This document shows positions 37,930 through 46,897 of a stretch of 64,000 nucleotides of DNA, one piece after another. This DNA comes from a virus. The position numbers and the translations under genes were made by a program. A model generated the notes under the pieces. The model made no database searches, was not told the DNA's origin, and was given only the letters and a program-made list of their open reading frames with translations. Numbering within the stretch: the first letter of the stretch is position 1; each line of letters opens with the position of its first letter. The stretch is from positions 64,001 through 128,000 of IMG/VR virus record IMGVR_UViG_3300024054_000008; one strand, written 5' to 3'.

Positions 37930-38155
37930 GGAGAGAAACAAATTGACGTATGCTGGTTCAAGTCCAGCGGCCCTGGCAATGGATATAACCAAAGTGCATT
38001 TTGCGCAACCAGCTGCATGCCCAACAGACCAGCAGTGGGCACAGGACAGATAGTCCGAGTCCCGTGTGGTTTCTGGTTGCGTAAATCACGGTTATGCCCG
38101 TTGCCAGGGCCTCGTCTAAAGGCAGGACGCGTCTCTCTCAGAGATAAAGCTCTCC
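37930..38155 (+). ncRNA. Circularly permuted tRNA-like RNA #2 with a long rod replacing the acceptor end
   Basis: GGAGAG 37930-35 / CTCTCC 38150-55; GACG 37945-48 / CGTC 38130-33. T arm GCTGG-TTCAAGT-CCAGC 37952-68. 22-bp stem 37969-90 / 38090-111. Inner GCGCAACCAG/CTGGTTGCGT stem and hairpins. tRNA-Glu-like D arm TCGTCTAAAGGCAGGAC 38112-28. Confidence 0.7.
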
Positions 38156-38200
38156 AAACCGTTGTAGATGCGTTAAAAAGTGTAGAGATAACATCTCTGA

Positions 38201-38241
38201 ACTGGGGCCGAGGTGAGGCTTTTATCCTCGGCCCTGGTTTT
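38201..38241 (+). terminator. Rho-independent terminator
   Basis: GGGCCGAGG / CCTCGGCCC stem followed by TGGTTTT. Confidence 0.7.
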
Positions 38242-38252
38242 GTATTTAACAT

Positions 38253-38326
38253 CCAGGGTTAGCTCAGTCGGCAGAGCTGGGGATTCTAGATCCCTGAAAG
38301 CGCGGGTTCGAACCCCGCACCCTGGG
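38253..38326 (+). tRNA. tRNA with CUA anticodon (amber suppressor type), no encoded CCA
   Basis: Acceptor CCAGGGT/ACCCTGG, D arm GCTC-AGTCGGCA-GAGC, anticodon arm GGGGA-TT CTA GA-TCCCT, T arm GCGGG-TTCGAAC-CCCGC, discriminator G. Confidence 0.88.
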
Positions 38327-38366
38327 CTATTTTGAAAATACATTTTATTTTATTGTAATATAATTT

Positions 38367-38633
38367 ATGAGATCGATCGACAGATCGCCAAATGGCGCTG
38401 AGATTGTAAACAAAGCCAGAAGCAGCCTGTGTGTTTTTGTTCCGGAACAAAAAGTAGAAGCCTGCGGGAAGCAGGCTACTCACTTTTACATTTTCGACAA
38501 GAAATGGCCTTTATGTTATTGCAATGAACATGATAAAGATAAAATTACCGACGAAGAAAATTACATAGCGCCCAATAGAATGGAACCTTGTTCAAAAGAA
38601 GACTTCGACGCTGCAATTTTTCTGAATTACTAA
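38367..38633 (+). CDS. Small Cys-containing hypothetical protein
   Basis: ORF with a TGTAATAT-N5-ATG leader. Confidence 0.55.
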   Translation: MRSIDRSPNGAEIVNKARSSLCVFVPEQKVEACGKQATHFYIFDKKWPLCYCNEHDKDKITDEENYIAPNRMEPCSKEDFDAAIFLNY

Positions 38634-38634
38634 A

Positions 38635-38856
38635 ATGAGAAAATACGGACCAAAACACGAAATTATAGGGGAAGCTTTAATTAGACTAGGTGATGGATTT
38701 AGTTATATACATGAGATTTTATCTTGCGGCCATTACGTTCTAACCAAAACGGATGGTGAAGGTCTTTATGCTGTAAAATCGAGGTGTTGTAAGCAATGTA
38801 GAGACAGAAAACCTGTAATCTCACCAGGAAAAATAATAAATGTCACAAGATTTTGA
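38635..38856 (+). CDS. Small Zn-finger-like protein
   Basis: LSCGH...RCCKQC. Confidence 0.5.
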   Translation: MRKYGPKHEIIGEALIRLGDGFSYIHEILSCGHYVLTKTDGEGLYAVKSRCCKQCRDRKPVISPGKIINVTRF

Positions 38857-39082
38857 ACAAATGGGCACGTGGACAAGATTCATAATCGGATTTACAGATT
38901 TGCACGTATGCCCAAATTCTGGAAAAATATTAACAAGCCCAAAGTCAGATGACAAAGTTTTGTGCAGTTGTGGCATAGTAAATCCAAGGAACAGCACAGA
39001 ACCAAGAAATTTGCACACAAAATTGTTCTTGGAAACTGCAACAGTAGATGAATTTCTAACACAGGAGTTAATCAATGACTAA
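38840..39082 (+). CDS. Small hypothetical protein
   Basis: HVCP...LCSCG; operonic overlap with neighbours. Confidence 0.5.
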   Translation: MSQDFEQMGTWTRFIIGFTDLHVCPNSGKILTSPKSDDKVLCSCGIVNPRNSTEPRNLHTKLFLETATVDEFLTQELIND

Positions 39083-39437
39083 AATCAAATTTGCTGGGGT
39101 AGCTGCAGTTGACTCTGGTCAGTTAATGGTGATTGATCCGTGTTATTGTAAATATTGGGAAGACAAAAGAGCAAAAAGATTGGATGAAAAATTTGGTATA
39201 GAAAGAGAGAAACACCCAGATTTAGAATATGGAATAGCCTGCAAGAAAAATCAATTAAAATTTTCAAACGGAAATCTGGCTGCAGTTGTCGTCAAAACAT
39301 CTGGTGATGGGTTCTATCCAGTATTAGTCGAGTATGACGATGACAGCGGCGAACCAACAGCTATCAAAATAGCATTAAATATAAGTATCGAAGAAGCAAA
39401 AAACATTGAAAAAACTAATGAACTGATTGGCTCCTAA
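39075..39437 (+). CDS. Conserved phage hypothetical protein (VDSGQL..IDPCY family)
   Basis: GVAAVDSGQLMVIDPCY...SGDG.YPV, a motif I recall from phage proteins. Confidence 0.6.
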   Translation: MTKIKFAGVAAVDSGQLMVIDPCYCKYWEDKRAKRLDEKFGIEREKHPDLEYGIACKKNQLKFSNGNLAAVVVKTSGDGFYPVLVEYDDDSGEPTAIKIALNISIEEAKNIEKTNELIGS

Positions 39438-39796
39438 ACTTTCGGATCAAACGATTTTGGGTATAACATGTCATATTGCCACGGAACATTTTCTCTAGCA
39501 TGTATTATGGGTGGGGAGAATATTTTTGTCAATTTGAAATTGATTATGTTTGAACAATCGTCAAATTCAGGAATTTCTGCAATTGTCAAACATGGACCAT
39601 TTTTTTCAGACAATTTTTTGCTTTCATCAGATAGAATTGATTGATCTACAGGATCCCTACCATAACCACCAATAAGTCTGCATTTTGCCAATTTATTATT
39701 TACGATTAGTGGGCTCGATCCAGATTTGGGACAGTATTCACTAACTTGACATTTAGAACATATAATTTCAAGTACTTGTGACGGCATTGATAACAA
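39434..39796 (-). CDS. Hypothetical protein
   Basis: Cys-containing ORF. Confidence 0.5.
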   Translation of the reverse strand: MLSMPSQVLEIICSKCQVSEYCPKSGSSPLIVNNKLAKCRLIGGYGRDPVDQSILSDESKKLSEKNGPCLTIAEIPEFDDCSNIINFKLTKIFSPPIIHARENVPWQYDMLYPKSFDPKV

Positions 39797-39799
39797 TAC

Positions 39800-40207
39800 T
39801 CAACCTTCAATTATGTTTTGAATTGATTTTGCAGATTGATCTGCTAAAATTGGATAATGTTTAGGGTCATTACCCAACACAAAATAAAATTTGAACTTTA
39901 TATTGCCCATCTGTTCAATACCGACAGTATCTATATTACATAATGAGTAAAGATCATCACGTGTTATATTCGATATACGGCCAAAACAAACAAGCTCATA
40001 CGCCATTCTACTTAAACGGAACAATTCCAAAAAATAAATATTTGGTTTATCGAACATTTCTCTACGAGCAACCTTTTGAATATGTGAATATATCTTGTTT
40101 ACAAAATATTCTTTATCCAATTTGTGTGGAATAATAGTTAATAATCCATCTCTAACAAAAAATTCCCATGTCTTATTGTAGTGAGTCGAAGTATAATCAT
40201 GATTCAT
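39800..40207 (-). CDS. Hypothetical protein with shared C-terminal tag (..IQNIIEG)
   Basis: ATG 40207 preceded by TGTAATAT-N5. Confidence 0.55.
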   Translation of the reverse strand: MNHDYTSTHYNKTWEFFVRDGLLTIIPHKLDKEYFVNKIYSHIQKVARREMFDKPNIYFLELFRLSRMAYELVCFGRISNITRDDLYSLCNIDTVGIEQMGNIKFKFYFVLGNDPKHYPILADQSAKSIQNIIEG

Positions 40208-40246
40208 AAACAATATTACATAAAAATTAATGTTATTTACATAAAA

Positions 40247-40999
40247 TTATCCTAGTTTATCATAATTAGGAGCAACCGTTTTTGTTTCTTCAATTTTCAG
40301 CTTAGCTTCTTTAAGTATATCATTTATATCTTTTCTCCTCATAAATTTAATTATATCTTTTACTGGGTCATCAGTTCTTTGAGATACGCTTATATCACCA
40401 CCAATAACTTCTAAGTTATAATCCCAAATAAGCGTATCAATTAATATCTCAGCTTCAAACTGGTCACCTATATCAACATTAATTTGGAGTGGGTTAACCT
40501 CAAACACGTCCCACCCTTTATCCTTCATACGTTTCTTCAGACCTTCAATGGTTGTTTTTTCGAATTCGTTCTGACGTTTAGCTACTCTATTTGCACAAAC
40601 ATCAAGAAACGCAAAAAGAGTCAAAGAAACGGCGAGACGACGAAGTATTTTTACTGAATTATTGTCTATCAAACCAGAAGCTATTTGTCTCAATATTTTC
40701 GAAACCGTCTTTGGTTTCAAAGACGTCATTTTAGTAAGAAATTCTTCACCAACTCCAGTCCCAATAAACTCAACAAGAGTCCGGAGCGGATCATGGGTTA
40801 TTTCTTCTATTGAATCAGATGCGTCATCTTTAGCATTAACTTTAACTTCGTATAATACTTCATCTGGGATAATGGTTAACTTAATTACACCACGGTATGT
40901 AGCAACAATCTTACCTGTTTCTTTGTCATCTTCAAGAATTTTGAAATTCTTGTCATTCAAAAAATCGAAAACAAACTTTGGTGGTGTTAAATTTGGCAT
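40247..40999 (-). CDS. Protein with an internally duplicated domain
   Basis: Two similar units (F.I.E...I....YEV.V...S.E.T.DP...V.F) separated by LKPKTVSKILRQIAS. Confidence 0.6.
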   Translation of the reverse strand: MPNLTPPKFVFDFLNDKNFKILEDDKETGKIVATYRGVIKLTIIPDEVLYEVKVNAKDDASDSIEEITHDPLRTLVEFIGTGVGEEFLTKMTSLKPKTVSKILRQIASGLIDNNSVKILRRLAVSLTLFAFLDVCANRVAKRQNEFEKTTIEGLKKRMKDKGWDVFEVNPLQINVDIGDQFEAEILIDTLIWDYNLEVIGGDISVSQRTDDPVKDIIKFMRRKDINDILKEAKLKIEETKTVAPNYDKLG

Positions 41000-41028
41000 A
41001 TTAACATTTTATATTTTGTAACAAAAAT

Positions 41029-41751
41029 CTATTCAATTGAATTACTATTAATAGTTTGTTCAGGAACTCCGAACCCAAATACATAAGAAACTACCTTTTC
41101 GACCTGATAATGCAAACATGGTACGTCAAAATTATTGTCTATGATGAAATTGAATTCAGAGTCAGGTATTGTCGATTGCTCAATTTCAGATCTATGATCA
41201 AATGGTGGTTTTTGTATTGAAGGTCTCTTGATTCTAATTAAGACCGGAATAAATTTATCAGATTTAAATACCAACGGGCGCTTTATGTCATGCCAGTGTC
41301 TAAAGTCAGAAAAAACAGTTATTACTGGAGAACTTATTGGGTAACAAATGTTTTCTTGACTAGAAATTAAACCAACTATCTTTGAATAACTGTATTTAAA
41401 TACATAATCGTCTTTAAATATATCAACATCGGCTATGTCCATTGCAATTGATAGACCTTTGTCAATCCAAGTATATGAATACATGTCTTGCATAATCCTC
41501 ATATACTCCTGTAGAATATGCCTTGGTGTTAGTCCGTACCTTGAGTCTAATTTGTTTCTGTTCTCAGACGGGCCAAACATTTGATCAACTGTAAATTGAT
41601 ATAAATCCATCACGTGACGTTTTGCTACGTCTGCCAATCCTATGTGGATGGCATTATGTTTTTCAACCAAAGGTTTTACACATTCATCTTTGCCAACTCC
41701 GGAATAACCAGAAAAGGCAAACATGTAATGTTTTGGAATCATCCAAAACAT
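41029..41751 (-). CDS. Deoxynucleoside monophosphate kinase (T4 gp1-like)
   Basis: GYSGVGKD P-loop, LAD.AK, TPR.ILQ, WID, SDFR, IRIKRP, HRSE. Confidence 0.82.
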   Translation of the reverse strand: MFWMIPKHYMFAFSGYSGVGKDECVKPLVEKHNAIHIGLADVAKRHVMDLYQFTVDQMFGPSENRNKLDSRYGLTPRHILQEYMRIMQDMYSYTWIDKGLSIAMDIADVDIFKDDYVFKYSYSKIVGLISSQENICYPISSPVITVFSDFRHWHDIKRPLVFKSDKFIPVLIRIKRPSIQKPPFDHRSEIEQSTIPDSEFNFIIDNNFDVPCLHYQVEKVVSYVFGFGVPEQTINSNSIE

Positions 41752-41755
41752 TACA

Positions 41756-42043
41756 TCAATTCAATACTGATGTACAAACTAACTTTGATGTTGTCGAATT
41801 TTCAATCTCAAATATTATAGCTTCATCCTCATTCCAATGGGTTTGCATAAAATTGCTTTCATCTTGGAAAGAATTCCAACAACACAAACAAACTATTGCA
41901 TAATTCATATCTTGGCTACAAGTTAGCCATCTGACAGTACAATTTTTGTCACAAAAATCACAATCACCAGTTTCTGGGTTCCAAAGTATTTGAACCATCC
42001 AACAAAATTGTTTGAATAAAGAGCGACCGAATTGATGAAACAT
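41756..42043 (-). CDS. Small Cys-rich hypothetical protein
   Basis: CDFCDKNC...CLCC. Confidence 0.4.
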   Translation of the reverse strand: MFHQFGRSLFKQFCWMVQILWNPETGDCDFCDKNCTVRWLTCSQDMNYAIVCLCCWNSFQDESNFMQTHWNEDEAIIFEIENSTTSKLVCTSVLN

Positions 42044-42051
42044 TTATGCAA

Positions 42052-42246
42052 TTATTTTGACTTTAATCCTTTTTCAATTAAATCAACTAAAGTTTTCATG
42101 CCAGTCGCTAAGTCAGACTCATTCAATTTAAAATTTCCTATAGACGAATTCCTTCTTTTGAATTCGTTAGACACGGAATCCAACAATTCCATTAATTCTT
42201 GATCGGACATATCTTTGAGTGATTTTAAAAGTAAACCATCGATCAT
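42052..42246 (-). CDS. Small hypothetical protein
   Basis: ATG 42246 preceded by TGTATAAT-N6. Confidence 0.5.
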   Translation of the reverse strand: MIDGLLLKSLKDMSDQELMELLDSVSNEFKRRNSSIGNFKLNESDLATGMKTLVDLIEKGLKSK

Positions 42247-42662
42247 GATTTTATTATACAATGTGAATAGTGTTCTTCGATCGCCTTTAATGCTTCATCA
42301 AAGCTCATTTTACCTGAGATGTTTTGCTCTTCTAGTAAAGAGCAAAACCATCTGTGCCTTAATAATTTATCAAGACCCTCAACATCAAATTCATTTAAAT
42401 TAAATTTACCATCTTGAAATTGGCTGAAACACTTATTTACAACTATCTCAGCAATTTTAATTTCTGGAAGAGCATGCCAATTCGAATCGTAATCGTGGAT
42501 AACGTTGTCGATAGTAGTACCATCGATTATTTTGATTGTTCTAATACGTCGAGAAGAATTAAACGATAACCTAATACTTAAATATCCGGACGGCCCTTTA
42601 TCATCAGAATTTATCTTGTTTATATCATAATCGAATACCATATAACATTTTACGACAAACAA
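42243..42662 (-). CDS. Hypothetical protein
   Basis: 139 aa ORF ending HCIIKS. Confidence 0.5.
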   Translation of the reverse strand: MFVVKCYMVFDYDINKINSDDKGPSGYLSIRLSFNSSRRIRTIKIIDGTTIDNVIHDYDSNWHALPEIKIAEIVVNKCFSQFQDGKFNLNEFDVEGLDKLLRHRWFCSLLEEQNISGKMSFDEALKAIEEHYSHCIIKS

Positions 42663-42679
42663 ACAAAGATTTCCAAATA

Positions 42680-43864
42680 TTATGCAGCATGAACTTCAGT
42701 ATGACCAACCGGCCTATTACAAGTCGGGCATTTTGGAATCAATTCTAACTGATTGTTCAGATCATCTTCTTGACTTGAAATCACTTTAAGTTCATTCGTA
42801 AGATTGTCCACAATTGTTTTTATGTCAGTAATTGACGAATTTAACATTGAACCGCGTTTGATATTACTTATGTCAAAATTAATGTTTGGCAATTTTATGG
42901 ATTTTGCTGATTCAAGTTTCGATATTATCGTCTTCAATGACTCAGTTGACTTCAATTTATTTAATTTAGAATAAATATTGAATTCAGCAATAGGCGGATC
43001 TGATATTGATATATTTGAACCATCAATAATGGAAAGTACGTGTTTAGCTTTTGATTCTAAAGCAGCCCAATATTTTACTAATTCTTTTAGTTCAAAAAAC
43101 TTATTAGAAATTTCATCTGAAGATGGTATCTCATTATCATATTGTTTAAGTTTTATTATTAAATTAGCCTTAGAATTGATCTGTTCATAGTATTTTTCAC
43201 CATCCAGTATTCTATTTTCGTATAACTTGATTGATTCAGCCTGCTCTAATAATTCATCATAGATTTGGCCAACTTCATCAAGACTGGAAAGACCGTCCAA
43301 TTTTGATTTCAAATTATTCAAATCTTCTTGTTTTAATTTGACTTTATCAAGGTTTTTCTTCTTTCTTCTCAAACTTATGGTTATTGCATCTTGTAAAACA
43401 TTTAACCTTGATATATCAGATATGAATTCCGTAACGGCTGGCCCAGAATCATTTAACAAGAATATTGGGTCAAATTGCGAAGCATGCCACGGATAAACAT
43501 CTTTGGAACCAACTTTAACGGACCCATAACCAAAATCTTTCAACTCCTGAAGTTGAGCTTGCCCAATTTTTTCATACTTTTTACCATTTAAATTGTATGT
43601 CCCAGAATATTTGTCGCCCTTTTCCCATACAAATTCAAGGCCATCGGTTTTAAATTCAACAGAACAAAATTTTTCGTCTGACCGAACCATTCCAACAACA
43701 GAAGAATTTTTTAAAGATGACGATATGGCTCTTATTATTGCCGTTTTGCCTATGTTTGAGCTGCCTGTAATACACGTAAAACCATATATTTCGAACTCAA
43801 GTTCTTCTATTGATTGGAAAGATTTTATTTTAATGTTTATTGGTTTAAGGTTTGAATCTGACAT
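42680..43864 (-). CDS. Rad50/SbcC-like ABC ATPase, N-terminal half ending at the zinc hook
   Basis: IKIKSFQSI, Walker A GSSNIGKT, Q-loop ASQFD, coiled coil, CPTC hook 12 aa from the C-terminus. No Walker B. Confidence 0.88.
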   Translation of the reverse strand: MSDSNLKPINIKIKSFQSIEELEFEIYGFTCITGSSNIGKTAIIRAISSSLKNSSVVGMVRSDEKFCSVEFKTDGLEFVWEKGDKYSGTYNLNGKKYEKIGQAQLQELKDFGYGSVKVGSKDVYPWHASQFDPIFLLNDSGPAVTEFISDISRLNVLQDAITISLRRKKKNLDKVKLKQEDLNNLKSKLDGLSSLDEVGQIYDELLEQAESIKLYENRILDGEKYYEQINSKANLIIKLKQYDNEIPSSDEISNKFFELKELVKYWAALESKAKHVLSIIDGSNISISDPPIAEFNIYSKLNKLKSTESLKTIISKLESAKSIKLPNINFDISNIKRGSMLNSSITDIKTIVDNLTNELKVISSQEDDLNNQLELIPKCPTCNRPVGHTEVHAA

Positions 43865-43865
43865 A

Positions 43866-45242
43866 TTAAATGTCCACTGTTACAGACGCTACACCAACGC
43901 TGTCATCAAGTTCCGCTAATTCGTTTGCATCAGCTTCAATTTCATCAGGCAAATCACCATCCAAATAAACGTCATTATCATCATCCATACTCTTGAATTC
44001 AGCACCTTCAACTAGATTAGCAAGTTCTTCATCATCAATTTGCCTAAACCCTTGCAAAATTCTTTCTGTGCAAATGCTTTTGAAATCTTCGAAAACATCT
44101 GGTTCCTTGACCAGAGATATCCTAAATCTCTCTATACCTTTAGCACTTATCAATTTTCCAGTCGACGAAGATTTAAATGAGTACTCTATGCTTTTTTCAG
44201 AATTTTTTTTATCTTTATCATCTTTATCATCTTTATCTTTATCTTTTTTCTTTTTGCCAGAGGTATTTACTATGTTATAAGCTTCGGCTACATTCATTAA
44301 CGTTCTCAATTCATCAATCCCAACTCCATATCTAATCGTTATTAATCCTGAATGCCCCTGCCTAGCGTCAATTTTGTTTTTATACATTCTGCATTCAATA
44401 TCAGTTGCTATCTGAACATCTTCATGTTTATTCAATAGTGGGTTGAAAAGTTTAGCTTTTGTAGCCATTTTTGGTTTTAGCCACATTCTAATTGACGCCC
44501 AAAATTTTAATGCGTTTCCACCAGTCGTACTCTTTGTTGATTCCTCAGTATAGCCGACTGAGCCGATTTTGTCTCTGGTTTGATTTGTAAATATAACACA
44601 AGTCTTTGTTCTAGCTATAATTTGTTGCAATTTTGGCATCCACGCTGACATCAACCTCGGTACTTCGGCTATTCCTTGCTTTTCTTTAGGATTCGACGGA
44701 TCACGGTGTATGTCTCTCCTAGACACAAGACCAGCAACTGAATCTATTACAATAATGTCAATACCCTGCAAAGCAGCGGCGGTAACAATTGCTTCAGTCT
44801 CTTCAAAAGTATGTGGCGAAGCTCTTACAGCTTTACCATCACCACCAAGCTCTGGCGATCTAAAATCTACACCAAGTTTCATAGCATAATGGTCTTTTAC
44901 GGCGCATTCAAGATCAACGTATAAACCGCACCCACCAATTGCCAAAGCCTGAGCCATAGCGGTTAAAGCAACTGTAGTTTTGCCGGAACTCTCTCTACCA
45001 ATAATTTCAGAAATTGATCCTTTCGGCCAACCAGGACAAACAAATGAACCATTTGCTAATCGGCTACCACCAATCAGCAAATTCAACATTGTGCTTCCAG
45101 TATTTATATAACCAACTTCGAATGACGGGTTTATAATTATATCTTTCAATTCCATACGCTTCTCGACATTTCCGAGAAACCTGGCTAACTTAGGATGCAA
45201 TTTTATCTGAGATTTTGCCATTCTAATCTCATTTACAATCAA
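43866..45242 (-). CDS. recA: RecA recombinase with a KD-rich insertion and acidic tail
   Basis: INTGS..LN, EI.GRESSGKTT, YVDLE, VIDSVA, VIFTNQTR, TTGG.ALKF.AS.R, KNK. Confidence 0.93.
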   Translation of the reverse strand: MIVNEIRMAKSQIKLHPKLARFLGNVEKRMELKDIIINPSFEVGYINTGSTMLNLLIGGSRLANGSFVCPGWPKGSISEIIGRESSGKTTVALTAMAQALAIGGCGLYVDLECAVKDHYAMKLGVDFRSPELGGDGKAVRASPHTFEETEAIVTAAALQGIDIIVIDSVAGLVSRRDIHRDPSNPKEKQGIAEVPRLMSAWMPKLQQIIARTKTCVIFTNQTRDKIGSVGYTEESTKSTTGGNALKFWASIRMWLKPKMATKAKLFNPLLNKHEDVQIATDIECRMYKNKIDARQGHSGLITIRYGVGIDELRTLMNVAEAYNIVNTSGKKKKDKDKDDKDDKDKKNSEKSIEYSFKSSSTGKLISAKGIERFRISLVKEPDVFEDFKSICTERILQGFRQIDDEELANLVEGAEFKSMDDDNDVYLDGDLPDEIEADANELAELDDSVGVASVTVDI

Positions 45243-45251
45243 ATCAGAAAA

Positions 45252-45989
45252 TTAAACACCAATTTCAGCTTCTTCATTCAGTTCCAAAAATTTAAGCAGA
45301 TTTTTGTTTATATCTCTTTTATCAGGCAAATTCACACTACCAATTGGAACTGAACTGAATCTAAAAAATCTACTATTTTCCCTAAAAATATGTGCTATAC
45401 GCTTCATTAATTTTTTACCGGACGGCAACTTTCTATTCTTAGAACGTTCTAGAAACACAATAGATTCTGAAGGTGTTAAATCGCTTGGTTGTATAACATT
45501 ATCAGCCAACATTATCATTCTAGAAGTGAACTTAGCACAAACGTAAGCATCAGCTTCATTATTATTTATTAGTTTTGGGTCGTTCGTGTCAAATGACACG
45601 AATTTTTGCATATCAAGTTTGTTCATCTTGCCTTTTCTTTTTGAAGGGTCGATCTTGGCAAGTAACTTTAAGGTTTCGGGGTCAAACAATACACAATCTT
45701 TTCTGTGTTCAAACACAGATTCTAAACTGAACATCATAAGACCAAAATGAGTCTCAGAAAACGGACCGCCTGAATAAGCCGGACTTTCTATACCGACAGC
45801 ATCAACGTTGTATTTTATAATTAAATCATTTACCATTGATCTAAAGTGGATGAATCTCGCAACTGGAACAGTTGAAGTTAATGTTCCTTCATATCCACTG
45901 GCAATTCTTCTCCTGTTTGGTTTGGCAGAAGAATCAAAGATCGCAAAGCCAAACGCGCGTAAACTTGGATCTAACCCTAATGTTAACAT
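45252..45989 (-). CDS. ruvC: RuvC-like Holliday junction resolvase
   Basis: LGLDPSL...G, VGIESP, NNEADA acidic triad pattern. Confidence 0.8.
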   Translation of the reverse strand: MLTLGLDPSLRAFGFAIFDSSAKPNRRRIASGYEGTLTSTVPVARFIHFRSMVNDLIIKYNVDAVGIESPAYSGGPFSETHFGLMMFSLESVFEHRKDCVLFDPETLKLLAKIDPSKRKGKMNKLDMQKFVSFDTNDPKLINNNEADAYVCAKFTSRMIMLADNVIQPSDLTPSESIVFLERSKNRKLPSGKKLMKRIAHIFRENSRFFRFSSVPIGSVNLPDKRDINKNLLKFLELNEEAEIGV

Positions 45990-45995
45990 GTTGAT

Positions 45996-46024
45996 GCCCG
46001 GAGCAAGGTGATCTTGCTCCGGGC
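45996..46024. promoter_or_regulatory. Perfect 12-bp GC-rich hairpin between ssb and ruvC
   Basis: GCCCGGAGCAAG-gtgat-CTTGCTCCGGGC, 6 nt upstream of the ruvC ATG; no U-tract on the coding strand. Confidence 0.6.
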
Positions 46025-46039
46025 GTTATCTTTTATTCA

Positions 46040-46897
46040 TCAATCATTTAACAAAGCACTATATGATTGAAGTTGCGGTGCGTCTTCTTGCTTAGGTTGT
46101 GAAGAACCGCCTCCAAGTCTCTCTATGAGATTTTCTTTCTTCATGGCAAAACCAAGATGATCAGGTGTGTATTTCCTGGCTCTCAAACCTTGGTCCAAAA
46201 CCCACTGTCTAATTTCTGGATCGACGTCTTCACGAGCCCAATACGCAGAAGCAAGCTTCGAAATCATTTGCTTTTGATACTTTGCATCACCATCTAACGA
46301 AACTTTCAAATCTATGACTTCTTGCTTGTCTTCGCGAGCCGTTTTGTAAGCAACTTCAACTTGCTTATATTTTTTCCAATTCAAACGCCAAACATAAAAG
46401 TTAATTTGCTTTTTACGTTTAAACGTCTCAACGTCAACTGCAAAATCTTCGTCGACAGGATATGTCATAATTGCTACCGCAACTGTCTGATCTGCATCTT
46501 CCAATTGCCGACAACAAATTTCGGGTTTGACAAGCGTGGTTCCGCTGTATTCGCTCAAACAACGAATAAAACCAACACCATCACCGAAATGTGTGAAAGC
46601 CACAGAAAACTTTGGCTTTGTTATATTAAGCCTATCTGCATCTGTCAGTTCATTAGGTTTTTTGTTTAACTTTTCAGCCAAATTCTTGTCAATTTTGTCT
46701 ATAAATTCAGCTTTTTCCTTGTCGGTTAAAGCTGAACCTTTTTCTTTAGTTTTATCAGCCAAAATCGATTCGTGAAATGTTTTGAATGAAACAACTGAAA
46801 CTCTATGGGTTTCATTTTTGTTTTGAACAAATTTTTCTATGCCAGTCTGCTTAATAACCTTGCCGTCATCAAATCCGAAATCCATTATATCACTCAT
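46040..46897 (-). CDS. Single-stranded DNA-binding protein (gp32-like)
   Basis: H...C...CC zinc-type ligands, aromatic-rich core, flexible tail; located between recombination genes. Confidence 0.55.
   Translation of the reverse strand: MSDIMDFGFDDGKVIKQTGIEKFVQNKNETHRVSVVSFKTFHESILADKTKEKGSALTDKEKAEFIDKIDKNLAEKLNKKPNELTDADRLNITKPKFSVAFTHFGDGVGFIRCLSEYSGTTLVKPEICCRQLEDADQTVAVAIMTYPVDEDFAVDVETFKRKKQINFYVWRLNWKKYKQVEVAYKTAREDKQEVIDLKVSLDGDAKYQKQMISKLASAYWAREDVDPEIRQWVLDQGLRARKYTPDHLGFAMKKENLIERLGGGSSQPKQEDAPQLQSYSALLND

Noticed and set aside
37694-38483. ORF-track entries 37694-37912, 37756-37992, 37893-38252, 37915-38262 and 38286-38483
   Set aside because: They overlap the structured RNAs and tRNA and have atypical composition; likely by-products of locally higher GC.
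44200-44260. Short tandem repeat (ATCTTT/ATC units) as a regulatory or contingency locus
   Set aside because: It encodes the in-frame K/D low-complexity insertion of RecA; no sign of phase variation.
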